Virus genome (UHGV): UHGV-1961940 | Source of the DNA: a virus | Reading direction: 5' to 3' (one strand) | Length of the DNA: 20,717 bases | In this document: piece by piece, positions 6,451 to 15,674 of the stretch | How the letters are laid out: the number at the start of each line of letters is the position of its first letter | Position numbering within the stretch: the stretch's first letter is position 1 | Notes under the pieces: generated by a model | Told to the model about the DNA's origin: nothing | What the model saw: only the letters and a program-made list of their open reading frames with translations | Databases searched by the model: none | Position numbers and translations under genes: made by a program

Positions 6451-7816
6451 ACGTCCCCTCTTCGGCTCTGGTTTCAAAATCTTTCCTGACAATTTTGTCT
6501 AAGTCAGGGAATGTTGTATTGTAAAACTCTACGACTCGCGGGTCAACAATAATGTCAACTTCTCTTAGTGGACGCAACAAGTTTATTCCTTGTATTGTCT
6601 TAACCCGACTCAAAGCAACATACGTCATCCCAGGAGAGAAAGCTCCGTTCTTTCCAAGGTCCAGGTTGTAACAATCTAGCGTAAGTCCTTGACTTTTATG
6701 AGATGTTACGGCATACCCAGATTTCAGAGGAAGTTGCCTGTATGACCCAATCACTACCCTCTCTATAAACTTCTCCATCTTCCTTTCTGCAATGTTGTAT
6801 CTCTGAGATGGCTTATACTCGTTATTTTCCCACAACCTCTGCTCTATGTCAACCTGTGTTCCATCTTCAAGCTCTACCACCACCGCCTTGTTCTTAAATT
6901 TAACAATTGTGGCACGTGTTCCGTTAACATAATAAGGTACTTTGTGCGTCGGGTCAACATCGTTGGCGGTTATCATAACTTTCATGCCAATTTTCAACTT
7001 CATCTCCTGCTCAACTGGCAGGGTGGAGGGAAACTTACCCTTCATTTCACCAGTGTATACCTTCTCTGGGGCGTTGATGGCATCATAGAACCTTCTGTTC
7101 ACTTCCTCTGCTTGTTTGTTGGTGGCGCAAATTGTGAGAGCGTCTGTTGGTACACCGCCTTTGTAACAGCGAGCATTAAGTTCTGCTACAACCTCTTTTA
7201 TGCGACGACCCTCACGAACACAGTTGAGCATTGTGGCAAATCGAATAGACTCCTGTCGGAACTGGTCTATTAGGGCTATGTTGTGAAGGTCCAGCTCTTT
7301 CCAAGATTCGGTATAGCAACATAGGTCTGTGTGGTAGAAGTTGAAGTAGGCCTCCTTCTCCATAGAAGAGACAACAGGAGGTGCCTGGTAAAAATCGCCA
7401 AACAATATGACCTGTATGCCTCCGAAAGGTTTGTCATTTTTTCGAAGGAAGCGGAGTTTTCTATCCATCTCTATAAACTTATCAGCACGGATCATAGAGA
7501 TTTCATCGATAATTAGGATGGTAAATGCCTTGCTTTTCAAAGGCTTTGCTGTTTTTGCCCTTATTGCAGTCCAGTCAGACTCCATGCTCACACCTGCTGC
7601 AAGATCGAAGGTTCGGTGTGCTGTTGCTCCATTAACGTTTAAAGCGGCTACCCCTGTCGGGGCAACCGTTATGCAAGAGTCTCCATACATTGACTGGATC
7701 ATGTTGATGAGGTACGTCTTCCCACAACCTGCGGGTCCTGAAACGAAGACATTCTCCCCACTCATGATTGCAACAAGGGCAGCATCTGTGCCTACATCAT
7801 ACTGCCCTTTTTCCAT
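6425..7816 (-). CDS. SF1B DNA helicase, Dda/RecD/Pif1-like.
   Basis: Walker A is VSGPAGCGKTYL and Walker B is LIIDEISM. The C-terminal block is GYAVTSHKSQGLTLD. A GAGGAGG SD is present. The start overlaps the upstream gene's stop as TAATG. Confidence 0.85.
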   Translation of the reverse strand: MEKGQYDVGTDAALVAIMSGENVFVSGPAGCGKTYLINMIQSMYGDSCITVAPTGVAALNVNGATAHRTFDLAAGVSMESDWTAIRAKTAKPLKSKAFTILIIDEISMIRADKFIEMDRKLRFLRKNDKPFGGIQVILFGDFYQAPPVVSSMEKEAYFNFYHTDLCCYTESWKELDLHNIALIDQFRQESIRFATMLNCVREGRRIKEVVAELNARCYKGGVPTDALTICATNKQAEEVNRRFYDAINAPEKVYTGEMKGKFPSTLPVEQEMKLKIGMKVMITANDVDPTHKVPYYVNGTRATIVKFKNKAVVVELEDGTQVDIEQRLWENNEYKPSQRYNIAERKMEKFIERVVIGSYRQLPLKSGYAVTSHKSQGLTLDCYNLDLGKNGAFSPGMTYVALSRVKTIQGINLLRPLREVDIIVDPRVVEFYNTTFPDLDKIVRKDFETRAEEGTYEFVEKYS

Positions 7817-9021
7817 TACGCCTCCTCGTAGATAATGTCGATGATGTTACCATCACGGTCAACTACGTATTCAATCGGATCGCCATCTTTGCGTGATTCC
7901 GGTGCTGCTACGATTTCGTAGCGGCATGCACGGCACTTAGCACTGTTGTGTTGGTATGGCACACTAACCACATCCGCAGGGTCAACCATAACCATCATTA
8001 CAGTGCCATAGCCCGCTGCATACTCTTTGCTGGCGCAGTGCAGGCCATAAGAACACGCAGCTTCCGGATCATCTTCTACAAAGTTACGAGGCATGGACAC
8101 AAAAGCACCCTGGTATTGTGGAACTTTACCGCTGTGCCAATCCACCCACCTGCTCCCGTTAAACTGAACCCCCTTATAGCAAATGATTCGACCATCTTCT
8201 GCAACCTGGATGTCATTAGCCTGCATGAAATCGTAGAGCATGTTCACAGATTTTGCAGACGGGTTGCGTAGCAGACGGACAAGGAATTTAACATATCGGT
8301 CGTCCAGTGTTCCATCTACATAATCTTCCTCAATTTTCTTTGCAATGGTGGATCGCATCTCTACACCGTAGTAGTAGAGCTTACCATCTTTCATGATCAG
8401 GTTGTCTGCAAGTGTGGTGAACTCATTCTTGCGTTCCAGCCAGACAAGGATTTCACCAATTGCCTCATCATATTCCTGAACAGAAATATGGTCGAAGACT
8501 TTCTGGTAAACTTCCTCACTTTCGCTGCGGCGAATTTCAAAAATGCCTTCGTTGCAGGTGATCTGGAGGAGTTCCCCGCAAATAACTACCAAAGGCTCGA
8601 TGCTTCGAGACTGTTGCTGAGACACACTGCTCACTACTTCCAGCACCGGATCTTTGACTTCTACTAAAGGTTCTTCTGACTTGATTGCTACCCCAGTGAA
8701 CCCCACACCGTGAACAACACACAGTGGGTATACCACGCCCCAACGTTTAACGGAACCTTCACCTGAATCTAAGATCATGGCGTACTTACCGTTGTCTTCC
8801 AGTCCGTAGCGGAATAAACGGGCCTCTTCGCGGGTTTCAAAATCCTCACGGGTATAGCAGACACTGTCTCGGTCAGGATCAAACAGCTCTGGGGCACCTA
8901 CTGCCAGTGTCCATGTTGTAGTACCTTTCTCAATAGCACATGTGAAACCCTTCTTCTCAAGTTCTGCACGGCGGTCGCGTGCTTCTTTACGAGTTTTGAA
9001 ATGTTCGTAGATGAAAATCAT
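7816..9021 (-). CDS. Hypothetical protein, 401 aa. The conserved-looking C-terminal block is of unknown family.
   Basis: Long ORF with a TAAGGAGACAGC SD. The C-terminal region is ...GLHCASKEYAAGYGTVMMVMVDPADVVSVPYQHNSAKCRACRYE.... I could not assign a domain from sequence alone. Confidence 0.7.
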   Translation of the reverse strand: MIFIYEHFKTRKEARDRRAELEKKGFTCAIEKGTTTWTLAVGAPELFDPDRDSVCYTREDFETREEARLFRYGLEDNGKYAMILDSGEGSVKRWGVVYPLCVVHGVGFTGVAIKSEEPLVEVKDPVLEVVSSVSQQQSRSIEPLVVICGELLQITCNEGIFEIRRSESEEVYQKVFDHISVQEYDEAIGEILVWLERKNEFTTLADNLIMKDGKLYYYGVEMRSTIAKKIEEDYVDGTLDDRYVKFLVRLLRNPSAKSVNMLYDFMQANDIQVAEDGRIICYKGVQFNGSRWVDWHSGKVPQYQGAFVSMPRNFVEDDPEAACSYGLHCASKEYAAGYGTVMMVMVDPADVVSVPYQHNSAKCRACRYEIVAAPESRKDGDPIEYVVDRDGNIIDIIYEEA

Positions 9022-9032
9022 AGCTGTCTCCT
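9002..9032 (-). repeat. Copy B of the translation-initiation cassette (see 3444-3479).
   Basis: AGGAGACAGC-TATG-ATT-TTCATCTAC-GAACA on the minus strand matches AGGAGACAGC-AAATTG-AAA-TTCATCTAC-AAAGAACA at copy A. Confidence 0.5.
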
Positions 9033-11014
9033 TATTTGGTGTTATTCTTTGCGTCGATCAGTTCACGGTATTCAATCATAGCAGGAGTGTCCCAATATTT
9101 CAAGCCCACATGCTTCAAAAGTGGATATTTCTTTTCCAATCTTGCAATATAGGCCTTCCCGCACTTGACTCGGTTGGCGATTAAGATTTTGGCACGATGA
9201 TTTAGCTCACTGTGCTTCCACGCGGTGTTACCTTCCCACTTGTGGAAATGTGGCCGATAATTTCCAAAATCTTGCATGGGGATAATTTTCCCTAATTGTC
9301 TATACAGGCTGTCATATGAAGTTTCATTTGCTGCGCGAGTCAGTAAGAATTTCCAAGCATCCTCTTTCAACAAATGTTCCACATTCTTCTCTGTAACATA
9401 CTGGCAATCAGGATCAGTCCAAAGCAGACGAGATTCTGATACCAAGTACAGATCTTCACCTTCAGGAATCTGGAGTGCAGCACGCACACGGTCATAATTT
9501 TGCTGGTAGATGTTACTCAGCTGTCCCAGCCAACAACTTCCACGTTGGATATCACCCTCATAAGGAATGCAGTGCTTAATCTTCTTGAACTCTGCCTTAG
9601 TAATACGTTCACGACGGAAGTAACCATCCTTCTCAAGCTTTTTAACCCAATAACCTGGCTCGTAATGAGTTTTTGTTTCACCTTTCTTCGCAGGTCGGCG
9701 AGGGAGCTCTGATAACAATTTGACAGTATCTGCAAAGAACGGATGGTGTGCCGCCTCTTTAAACTCTTTCACCAGATCCGTGTTCCGGCAATAGAAAACG
9801 TTGCGTCCGGTGATTTCGCTTAAGTAGTTACACTTATTTCGGTTATATTTACCATCTCCGTCGTTAAATACAAGGTATACACCTCGTAAGAACTCCGACT
9901 TTCCGTAACGAGCATAGCCTATGCGGCCTTTATTTAAGCCGCCAGCGAAAATTTCACAATCGCCTAAGTCGCCAAGCCCTGTTTCTTCCCAACGGTTCCA
10001 CATAAAGTTTTTGCCGAAGATGTGTCCGAACACTCCACTATTCTTCATCATTTCACGTGCTTCTGCGGAGGTTTTTGCCGTCTCCAGTTCTGCAATAACT
10101 TCTGCCCCGCGAAGACGTATACCTTCTTTGACAAAGGCCTCCAGGCGATCCTGGAATCCACCGTCGTCATGGCCCTCTATGGTCCATTCACGCCCAGGGT
10201 TAATATTGCAATCCCCAATAGGAATTTCCACGCAGATTGCAGGGTAATCGGTCAATGTCTCCAGGAACTTGGAGCGGTAAGGTTGGTGACCCATCACAAC
10301 ACGGCTCTCATCAGAACTGGTATAACCTTTCAGGATGGTCATTTTCCAGCCATCCTTCTCGTAATGATACTGTGCCTCAACCTTGTCACCTTCTAACATC
10401 TTACTGGTCATAGGATCGGTGACGATGAACGGAAACTTCGCATAGCGTAAGCACGATGCAATAGCAGTGCAATATTTCAGGACATGCTCTTTCTTAACAT
10501 GGAACTGAACTTTTACCCCGTTGTGCTCTTCAGTCTTCCGCTCACGGATCTTGGTAACGTTTGGGATACCCTGATCCAAGAACAATAGATATGTGCTTTC
10601 AACACCATTGTGCACACTGATCACATCGAAAGTGTCCACCATACTGAACGGAGCCTTTGAACCAACACCTTTATTACCTACCAGAGCGTTGCTGTTGCGC
10701 TTGGTTGACTCCCCGAGATTCATGAAAGTGTTGCGGACCATCTCTTCTGACATGCCCAATCCAACGTCCTGCACAAAGAAGTATGGTTCAAGGTCTGTAG
10801 GAGAGTGAATGATGATCGGTACATCACCCCGTCCAGACTCAACATGGGAGTCCACAGCATTGAAGATTGGTTCACGGCAGCTTGCCAGCACCTTATCTTC
10901 GTAAATCCCTTTAATGATTAGCCCAAAAGTCTCTTTGTTCAGAGAAATTGAGCCCCTGGTGACCTCCATATTTCCGGTCAGCACTGCTTTAGTTTCATTA
11001 CTGTTTACAATCAT
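9032..11014 (-). CDS. GHKL (Bergerat-fold; HATPase_c-type) ATPase domain protein, 660 aa, with a large uncharacterised C-terminal region.
   Basis: N box is REPIFNAVDS (ExxxNAxD), G1 box is DVGLGM and G2 box is GNKGVGSKAPF. An AAGGAG SD is present. The start overlaps the hydrolase stop as ATGA. Confidence 0.65.
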   Translation of the reverse strand: MIVNSNETKAVLTGNMEVTRGSISLNKETFGLIIKGIYEDKVLASCREPIFNAVDSHVESGRGDVPIIIHSPTDLEPYFFVQDVGLGMSEEMVRNTFMNLGESTKRNSNALVGNKGVGSKAPFSMVDTFDVISVHNGVESTYLLFLDQGIPNVTKIRERKTEEHNGVKVQFHVKKEHVLKYCTAIASCLRYAKFPFIVTDPMTSKMLEGDKVEAQYHYEKDGWKMTILKGYTSSDESRVVMGHQPYRSKFLETLTDYPAICVEIPIGDCNINPGREWTIEGHDDGGFQDRLEAFVKEGIRLRGAEVIAELETAKTSAEAREMMKNSGVFGHIFGKNFMWNRWEETGLGDLGDCEIFAGGLNKGRIGYARYGKSEFLRGVYLVFNDGDGKYNRNKCNYLSEITGRNVFYCRNTDLVKEFKEAAHHPFFADTVKLLSELPRRPAKKGETKTHYEPGYWVKKLEKDGYFRRERITKAEFKKIKHCIPYEGDIQRGSCWLGQLSNIYQQNYDRVRAALQIPEGEDLYLVSESRLLWTDPDCQYVTEKNVEHLLKEDAWKFLLTRAANETSYDSLYRQLGKIIPMQDFGNYRPHFHKWEGNTAWKHSELNHRAKILIANRVKCGKAYIARLEKKYPLLKHVGLKYWDTPAMIEYRELIDAKNNTK

Positions 11015-11511
11015 TTATTGCGCTCCTTGTAGTAGATATGGCTCCCGAATTGAGTTGTCCTCTGCATCTTTTTTGCCCATTTCGGTCGTACTTTGGTTGT
11101 ATGGTAGTGTGTTGCTCCACCTGTTATGTCCATAGCCATGTATGCAACATGGTTGTTATTATAGACCTTTATAAGCATCTTTGCAAGACTTTTAGCGTGA
11201 TCCCATGAATCTTTTTCTGTCACCTTAAAAGTTTTGCCGTGGTTTGTCCACGAAAACTGGTTAGGTTGGTAGACAATCTTTCTTATAGTGTCTGGGTATT
11301 TAGGGTGGGATTTCCTGTTTAGTGTGGCAAACCCAGATGCCAGCATACCCATCGTGCCATCTCCTCTAGCTTCCCTGTAGATATTGCATGCCAGAATGTT
11401 TTCCTTAGTATCTGATGGCTTGCAAGTATGATATACTTTTTGTTTTGGTGCTGCAACAACAGGCAGCGATAAAAGTGCGCTCAAAATAATAGCAAAGATC
11501 TTAATTTTCAC
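11011..11511 (-). CDS. Secreted cell-wall hydrolase of the SleB/CwlJ (Hydrolase_2) family, with an N-terminal signal peptide and a GTG start.
   Basis: The N-terminus MKIKIFAIILSALLSLPVVAAP is a typical signal peptide. The family block is ACNIYREARGDG...YPDTIRKIVYQPNQFSW. A GGAG SD lies 7 nt before the GTG. Confidence 0.75.
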   Translation of the reverse strand: MKIKIFAIILSALLSLPVVAAPKQKVYHTCKPSDTKENILACNIYREARGDGTMGMLASGFATLNRKSHPKYPDTIRKIVYQPNQFSWTNHGKTFKVTEKDSWDHAKSLAKMLIKVYNNNHVAYMAMDITGGATHYHTTKVRPKWAKKMQRTTQFGSHIYYKERNK

Positions 11512-11520
11512 AATGACTCC

Positions 11521-11548
11521 AAATAGAAAATCCCCGCCGAAGCGGGGG
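11521..11548 (-). terminator. Rho-independent terminator on the minus strand between the 126-aa gene and the hydrolase gene.
   Basis: Minus-strand RNA reads CCCCGC-UUCG-GCGGGG, a 6-bp GC stem with a UUCG tetraloop, followed by AUUUUCUAUUU. Confidence 0.6.
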
Positions 11549-11560
11549 AGGTCTTAGAAA

Positions 11561-11941
11561 TTAATCGTAGTGTGCCAAAATCTCTCCATCGTTGCAAGTT
11601 CCCTCTACAAAGTTATGAAGATTCATGCACTCATCTTGATAGAAGAATTTACCGCTTTTCAGCCGTAGGCCAAACAACTCCGCATCTCCACGATGGCAAG
11701 CCTCTACAAGTTCATAGATTTCATACGGCAACTCTCCGTCGTCATGGAAGAATCCAGCCTTATCGTTGACATAAATGAAGAAATAATCACTGCTATCGCA
11801 AGCGTCCAATATTTTAAACCAGACTTCATCTACATCTTTTTCTCGGATATCGATCACGCAAGTGGAACTGCATTCGTACTCCTTCTCCGGCTCCTCGGTC
11901 AATACCACCAGGTAGTTTCCCCGCTTACCTACTTTAGCCAT
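11561..11941 (-). CDS. Hypothetical protein, 126 aa. The start is reassigned to the internal ATG at 11941.
   Basis: The track ORF start at 11989 would overlap the MoxR gene by 38 nt. The ATG at 11939-11941 is preceded by an AAGGGGGG SD. Confidence 0.6.
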   Translation of the reverse strand: MAKVGKRGNYLVVLTEEPEKEYECSSTCVIDIREKDVDEVWFKILDACDSSDYFFIYVNDKAGFFHDDGELPYEIYELVEACHRGDAELFGLRLKSGKFFYQDECMNLHNFVEGTCNDGEILAHYD

Positions 11942-11951
11942 ACAACCCCCC

Positions 11952-13136
11952 TTAAGCTTTAGCCAAAATGGCGCTAAACTCTTCACCAAACTCTTTTACA
12001 ATCTTCATCAGGTTTGGGTATGCTTTGATCAGCTGAGCAACAATCTTGTCACGCCCTTTACCGATAAGCAAGGCATTTCCTAAGGCATTAGGTTTCATCA
12101 TCGCCATAAAGACTGAGAATACAAAATCTCGGTTCTCGTCCTTGAAGTTTTCCCAAAGGAAATCGAGGAAGTTTGCCACGCAGCTGACAAGATCTTCGTC
12201 TGAGATACTTGCATTTTCCATCATATTGCGAATAGCGATACAACCTTCAGATCCAAGAATCCACAAAATGTCTGGCTGCTTAGGACCTACGTATTCTTTG
12301 CAGCCACCTGCCATAATCCGACCGATTTCCGGTAAATTACGTTTCTTGGTGTGGTAAGTCCAGATCTCTACCGCTGCAGTGTGACCAATAGCACCTTGTA
12401 GAAGAACACGGGCCATAGCGTCAGAAATAATACCGCTGTCAAAATCGTGCAAGATGTCAGATGCAGCAACCCAAGATCGTGGTGTGGCAAAAGATGGACA
12501 ATTAATCTCAGCCATAGCCTCATAATTATCAATAGCTGATGGAACTCTTTTCAGATACCCAATTACAGAGGAGTGAACCCCGTTGAGGAATGCGTAGTCC
12601 TCAATAAACACCTCTGCATTGCTTGTAACCTCTACAATGATAAAACGGTTAGCCAGAGGGGCTTCGAGCGCCGAAAGAACCGCACCATCTGTAGAACGGT
12701 TACCCGCAGCCACAAAAACAGAACCCTTAGGGAATGCATAGGTGCCGCACTTGTGGTCAAGCATAATTTGCATTGCAACCTTTTGCAGGTAGTTATCTGC
12801 ATGAGTGAGCTCATCCAGAAAGATAATTCCGCTCCAGTCAGGATCCGCAGGCCAAAATTCTGGAATTGCAAACACTGTACGTGTAGTTCCATCCGCTTCT
12901 ACAGGGATAGGTAGCCCAGATAAGTCGGCAGGATCTTTATCTGACAGTCGCACGTCAACAAGGTTGTCATCTCGCTCACCGAACATATTATCAGCGATCT
13001 GCTTCATCACCTGGCTTTTACCCACACCCATTGGTCCCAAAATTAGGACAGATCGGCTATGACGTTGGGCAAACTGAATAATAGCTGGCAACTCACGGAC
13101 AGTGATTTGACCACTTTCGAATACGTTTCTTGACAT
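11952..13136 (-). CDS. MoxR/CbbQ/NorQ/CobS-like AAA+ ATPase (AAA_5 type).
   Basis: Walker A is LGPMGVGKSQ and Walker B is IIFLDELTHAD. The sensor/arginine-finger region is VFVAAGNRS...APLANRF. The start overlaps the upstream stop as TAATG. Confidence 0.85.
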   Translation of the reverse strand: MSRNVFESGQITVRELPAIIQFAQRHSRSVLILGPMGVGKSQVMKQIADNMFGERDDNLVDVRLSDKDPADLSGLPIPVEADGTTRTVFAIPEFWPADPDWSGIIFLDELTHADNYLQKVAMQIMLDHKCGTYAFPKGSVFVAAGNRSTDGAVLSALEAPLANRFIIVEVTSNAEVFIEDYAFLNGVHSSVIGYLKRVPSAIDNYEAMAEINCPSFATPRSWVAASDILHDFDSGIISDAMARVLLQGAIGHTAAVEIWTYHTKKRNLPEIGRIMAGGCKEYVGPKQPDILWILGSEGCIAIRNMMENASISDEDLVSCVANFLDFLWENFKDENRDFVFSVFMAMMKPNALGNALLIGKGRDKIVAQLIKAYPNLMKIVKEFGEEFSAILAKA

Positions 13137-13405
13137 TAGTAAAAGTCCTCTACTTGTGTGTAAGTGTTTTCAAAGTTTTCCAAAACAGATATCACATCGA
13201 ATCTGTCAATATCATACGTGACTCTCCAGTTGTACGCAACCCTTTCTGCTGTTGCCTCTTCTGGCGCTAGTCGTCTGCTGGCATAAAAGAGTGTTGGAGT
13301 ACACTTTCTTGCTTGCCCTCTAACTTTCCCATAATAATATCTGTGAATATCTTTGTCAAAATTTAACTCTTTTTCTGCACGAAGTTCATATTGCTGGTAT
13401 AACAT
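13136..13405 (-). CDS. Hypothetical protein, 89 aa.
   Basis: ORF with an AAGGAG SD 9 nt upstream. Translationally coupled to the MoxR gene. Confidence 0.55.
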   Translation of the reverse strand: MLYQQYELRAEKELNFDKDIHRYYYGKVRGQARKCTPTLFYASRRLAPEEATAERVAYNWRVTYDIDRFDVISVLENFENTYTQVEDFY

Positions 13406-13449
13406 CTCTACTACTCCTTAAGCAGCATCCTTGCCGCCATTCCTGCCCA

Positions 13450-13830
13450 CTAAAATGCAGTCCGAATCCAGACAAGGTTCTTATCTGCCCAATCATAGAG
13501 GCAAGTCATTGCACTATTGAATTGCTCACACGGAGGATAATCTTCTTCCATCTGGCGCATAGCAGAGCCTTGTGGGTAAAGCTCCCGTGCTGCAAACCAC
13601 GCATCGTAGTCATCAACGGTGTCGAAGTAGTATACAACATCCTCTAACTCAGGATCGAACTTTGAACTATCAGGATCCAGTTGTTCAGGGAACTTGGAGC
13701 GTAACTTGCCAGCCACAATACTTGCCAACTCGCTAACATGCTTATTGTCCCACTCCACTAGCTTCCCGTCTTCAGTGATGCGTCCTAACCACTGATCATG
13801 AAGGTCAACTGTTGTCTTCCACTGAGCCAT
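13450..13830 (-). CDS. Hypothetical protein, 126 aa.
   Basis: ORF in the leftward operon, 2 nt from the upstream gene. Confidence 0.6.
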   Translation of the reverse strand: MAQWKTTVDLHDQWLGRITEDGKLVEWDNKHVSELASIVAGKLRSKFPEQLDPDSSKFDPELEDVVYYFDTVDDYDAWFAARELYPQGSAMRQMEEDYPPCEQFNSAMTCLYDWADKNLVWIRTAF

Positions 13831-13832
13831 TA

Positions 13833-14090
13833 TCAGTCCACCTCTTCTTCTCGTTGTAGTTCAAGATACCCGTAGGTCTGGACATCTTGAAGGGTGTGGA
13901 ACTCCCCCTCTGCCGCTAAGGCACGAACAACTTGGCACAAAACCTTATGAGGAACTTCATCCAAACCTAGATTCAGTGCAGGAAACACCTTATCTAAGTC
14001 AACAAAATAAACGAACTGTAGCTCACCAGCTTCAAAAGGTGTATCTTCAATAAACATCTTCTCGGCATTAGTCAAGATCTGCACTTTCAT
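13833..14090 (-). CDS. Hypothetical protein, 85 aa.
   Basis: ORF whose start is TAATG-coupled to the upstream gene. Confidence 0.55.
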   Translation of the reverse strand: MKVQILTNAEKMFIEDTPFEAGELQFVYFVDLDKVFPALNLGLDEVPHKVLCQVVRALAAEGEFHTLQDVQTYGYLELQREEEVD

Positions 14091-14446
14091 TATTCTACCT
14101 CCTCTTCTTTTTCTTCGGCATTAGTTTCATGGCTACCCCACTCGGGAGTTTCCACCTCGATAGTAAACTCACGCACTACACGGTAATTGCCCATGAAGCG
14201 CTCTACTTCGTCAAGGCTTATGGAGAGGCCATTGGCAACCAGGTCTGCAGCACCCTCTTCTACCAGGTAGTCCAGATTGGCTTCCAGAGCCTCAGGTTCA
14301 AACCCTGTCAATGCAATCAGATAACCTTCCCCTTCATCAGGGAGGACAATACAGCCCAATTGATTTTCTTTAAAAAGGCAGTGACCATCATTATTGATTG
14401 GGTGTTCATTGCAGTAAATAGCTGCACGATAAGTAACTTTAGACAT
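14090..14446 (-). CDS. Hypothetical acidic protein, 118 aa, starting MSKVTYRA. The start is reassigned to the internal ATG, which has an AAGGAG SD.
   Basis: AAGGAGACCTTACCG ATG TCT AAA GTT.... The first 24 coding nt plus 5 upstream nt are identical to 16285-16313. The C-terminal EEKEEEVE is acidic. Confidence 0.6.
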   Translation of the reverse strand: MSKVTYRAAIYCNEHPINNDGHCLFKENQLGCIVLPDEGEGYLIALTGFEPEALEANLDYLVEEGAADLVANGLSISLDEVERFMGNYRVVREFTIEVETPEWGSHETNAEEKEEEVE

Positions 14447-14451
14447 CGGTA
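14423..14451 (-). repeat. Copy 1 of a perfect 29-nt repeat taccgATGTCTAAAGTTACTTATCGTGCA spanning a start codon. Copy 2 is at 16285-16313 on the opposite strand.
   Basis: Exact 29/29 identity, read by hand on both strands. Confidence 0.85.
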
Positions 14452-14459
14452 AGGTCTCC

Positions 14460-14738
14460 TTAGGCAATTGTCATTTTACATTCTTGAAATTTTAACACAA
14501 GACGGTAATTGTGTCTAGTGTCTAAAAAGATTTTTTCAACCATCAGGCACACGGTATAACCGTCCATCTTGTTGACAACAAAATCTCCAGGATGAGGGAG
14601 GATGTCTCCCGGATTGGGGAAACATAGTCCACTCAGAAAGGCATCGTCAGTGGTGGACTTAATAGATTTCCACACACTGTCTGCCTGAACATGTTCACCG
14701 ACGTAATATACATTACCACATGCCTTCATCATAGTCAA
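14460..14738 (-). CDS. Hypothetical protein, 92 aa.
   Basis: ORF whose start overlaps the stop of the upstream 299-aa gene. Confidence 0.55.
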   Translation of the reverse strand: MTMMKACGNVYYVGEHVQADSVWKSIKSTTDDAFLSGLCFPNPGDILPHPGDFVVNKMDGYTVCLMVEKIFLDTRHNYRLVLKFQECKMTIA

Positions 14739-15634
14739 ACCCTCGCATAAATTAAACTTGTATCAGTATACTTCTTTAATGGGTAAATATCCTGTCCATA
14801 GATGCAATCATTAAACACCTCATCTACCCAAAGGCTACACTTATATCCCATCATTTCTAAAACACCCATCTCTTCTTCGGTAAACTTATCACCGCTCTTG
14901 CAAGATGTCAATACCTCATTCTGAACTCTTGCTACCTCGAAGCGGTTATTGGCAATATCGCTATTGGCGATCAAATACTCACCTAGAGGGTGTGCGGCAT
15001 TAAAGATGCACAGTGGACGGCTGACGTAATAGTCTCCAGGTGTATAAAAATTGTTGAGGTCTTTCACTAGAACATTCTTATCAGTCACTTCATTTATAAC
15101 ATCATGCATATCGCACATCTTTATATGTTTGAGGATTCCATCCCCCATCACAAAATAAAAACTTGCTGAGACACTTTCGGCATAGATCTTACTAGATCCG
15201 TTGTAGTTGTATTTTACTCGGATGCTAACGGGGGTTTTTCCTGTCGCGTTAGCCATCATCCAAAGAAATGGCAGCTCATACTTCTCCTCTGAGGAAACAA
15301 AAGGTGAGGTAGCCAGAGATCGAAAACCTCCAGAGAAGTTGAAAGTTACAGAACCGCTCCGGCGGTATGATACCGCGTATTCTACTTTTATATCGACATA
15401 CCCATTGGAATAGGTGTGTCCTTCATTATCTAAATATGTCCACTTATCAGACCCAGATACCAATCTACGCTCAATAACCTTCATCACTATAGGAATTAAT
15501 GGGTTGGTACAAACCGCTTTTGAAGTAGCTTTATCATCTAAAGCCTCGTAAATTGCAGAAAGGATGTCCCCAGCTGAAAGATTGGTTGTTATGTCCTGTT
15601 TCCACCGCGTACTAAAACTGTTAAGATTTGCCAT
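14735..15634 (-). CDS. Hypothetical protein, 299 aa. It is the first gene of the leftward operon.
   Basis: An AGGAG SD lies 9 nt upstream of the ATG at 15634. The gene is immediately downstream of the predicted leftward promoter. Confidence 0.65.
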   Translation of the reverse strand: MANLNSFSTRWKQDITTNLSAGDILSAIYEALDDKATSKAVCTNPLIPIVMKVIERRLVSGSDKWTYLDNEGHTYSNGYVDIKVEYAVSYRRSGSVTFNFSGGFRSLATSPFVSSEEKYELPFLWMMANATGKTPVSIRVKYNYNGSSKIYAESVSASFYFVMGDGILKHIKMCDMHDVINEVTDKNVLVKDLNNFYTPGDYYVSRPLCIFNAAHPLGEYLIANSDIANNRFEVARVQNEVLTSCKSGDKFTEEEMGVLEMMGYKCSLWVDEVFNDCIYGQDIYPLKKYTDTSLIYARV

Positions 15635-15674
15635 AAGTAAGTGCTCCTATGTTAGTTTTCTTTCGAATGGGTGC

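Noticed and set aside
6451-6492. N-terminal extension of the 6109..6492 ORF (MSGKILKPEPKRGR...).
   Set aside because: It would overlap the helicase gene by 68 nt. The internal ATG at 6450 has a GAGGGG SD and gives a compact overlap, so the start was moved.
9500-10250. Calcineurin-like metallophosphatase domain in the C-terminal part of the GHKL protein.
   Set aside because: The GD / GDxxD / GH-like strings are scattered. They do not occur in the required GDxHG, GDxxDRG, GNHE order and spacing.
11942-11989. N-terminal extension of the 11561..11989 ORF.
   Set aside because: It overlaps the MoxR gene by 38 nt. The internal ATG at 11941 is preceded by an AAGGGGGG SD.
14447-14467. N-terminal extension MPKETLP of the 14090..14467 ORF.
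   Set aside because: The AAGGAG SD sits inside the extension, 8 nt before the ATG of MSKVTYRA. The same MSKVTYRA start recurs at 16291.
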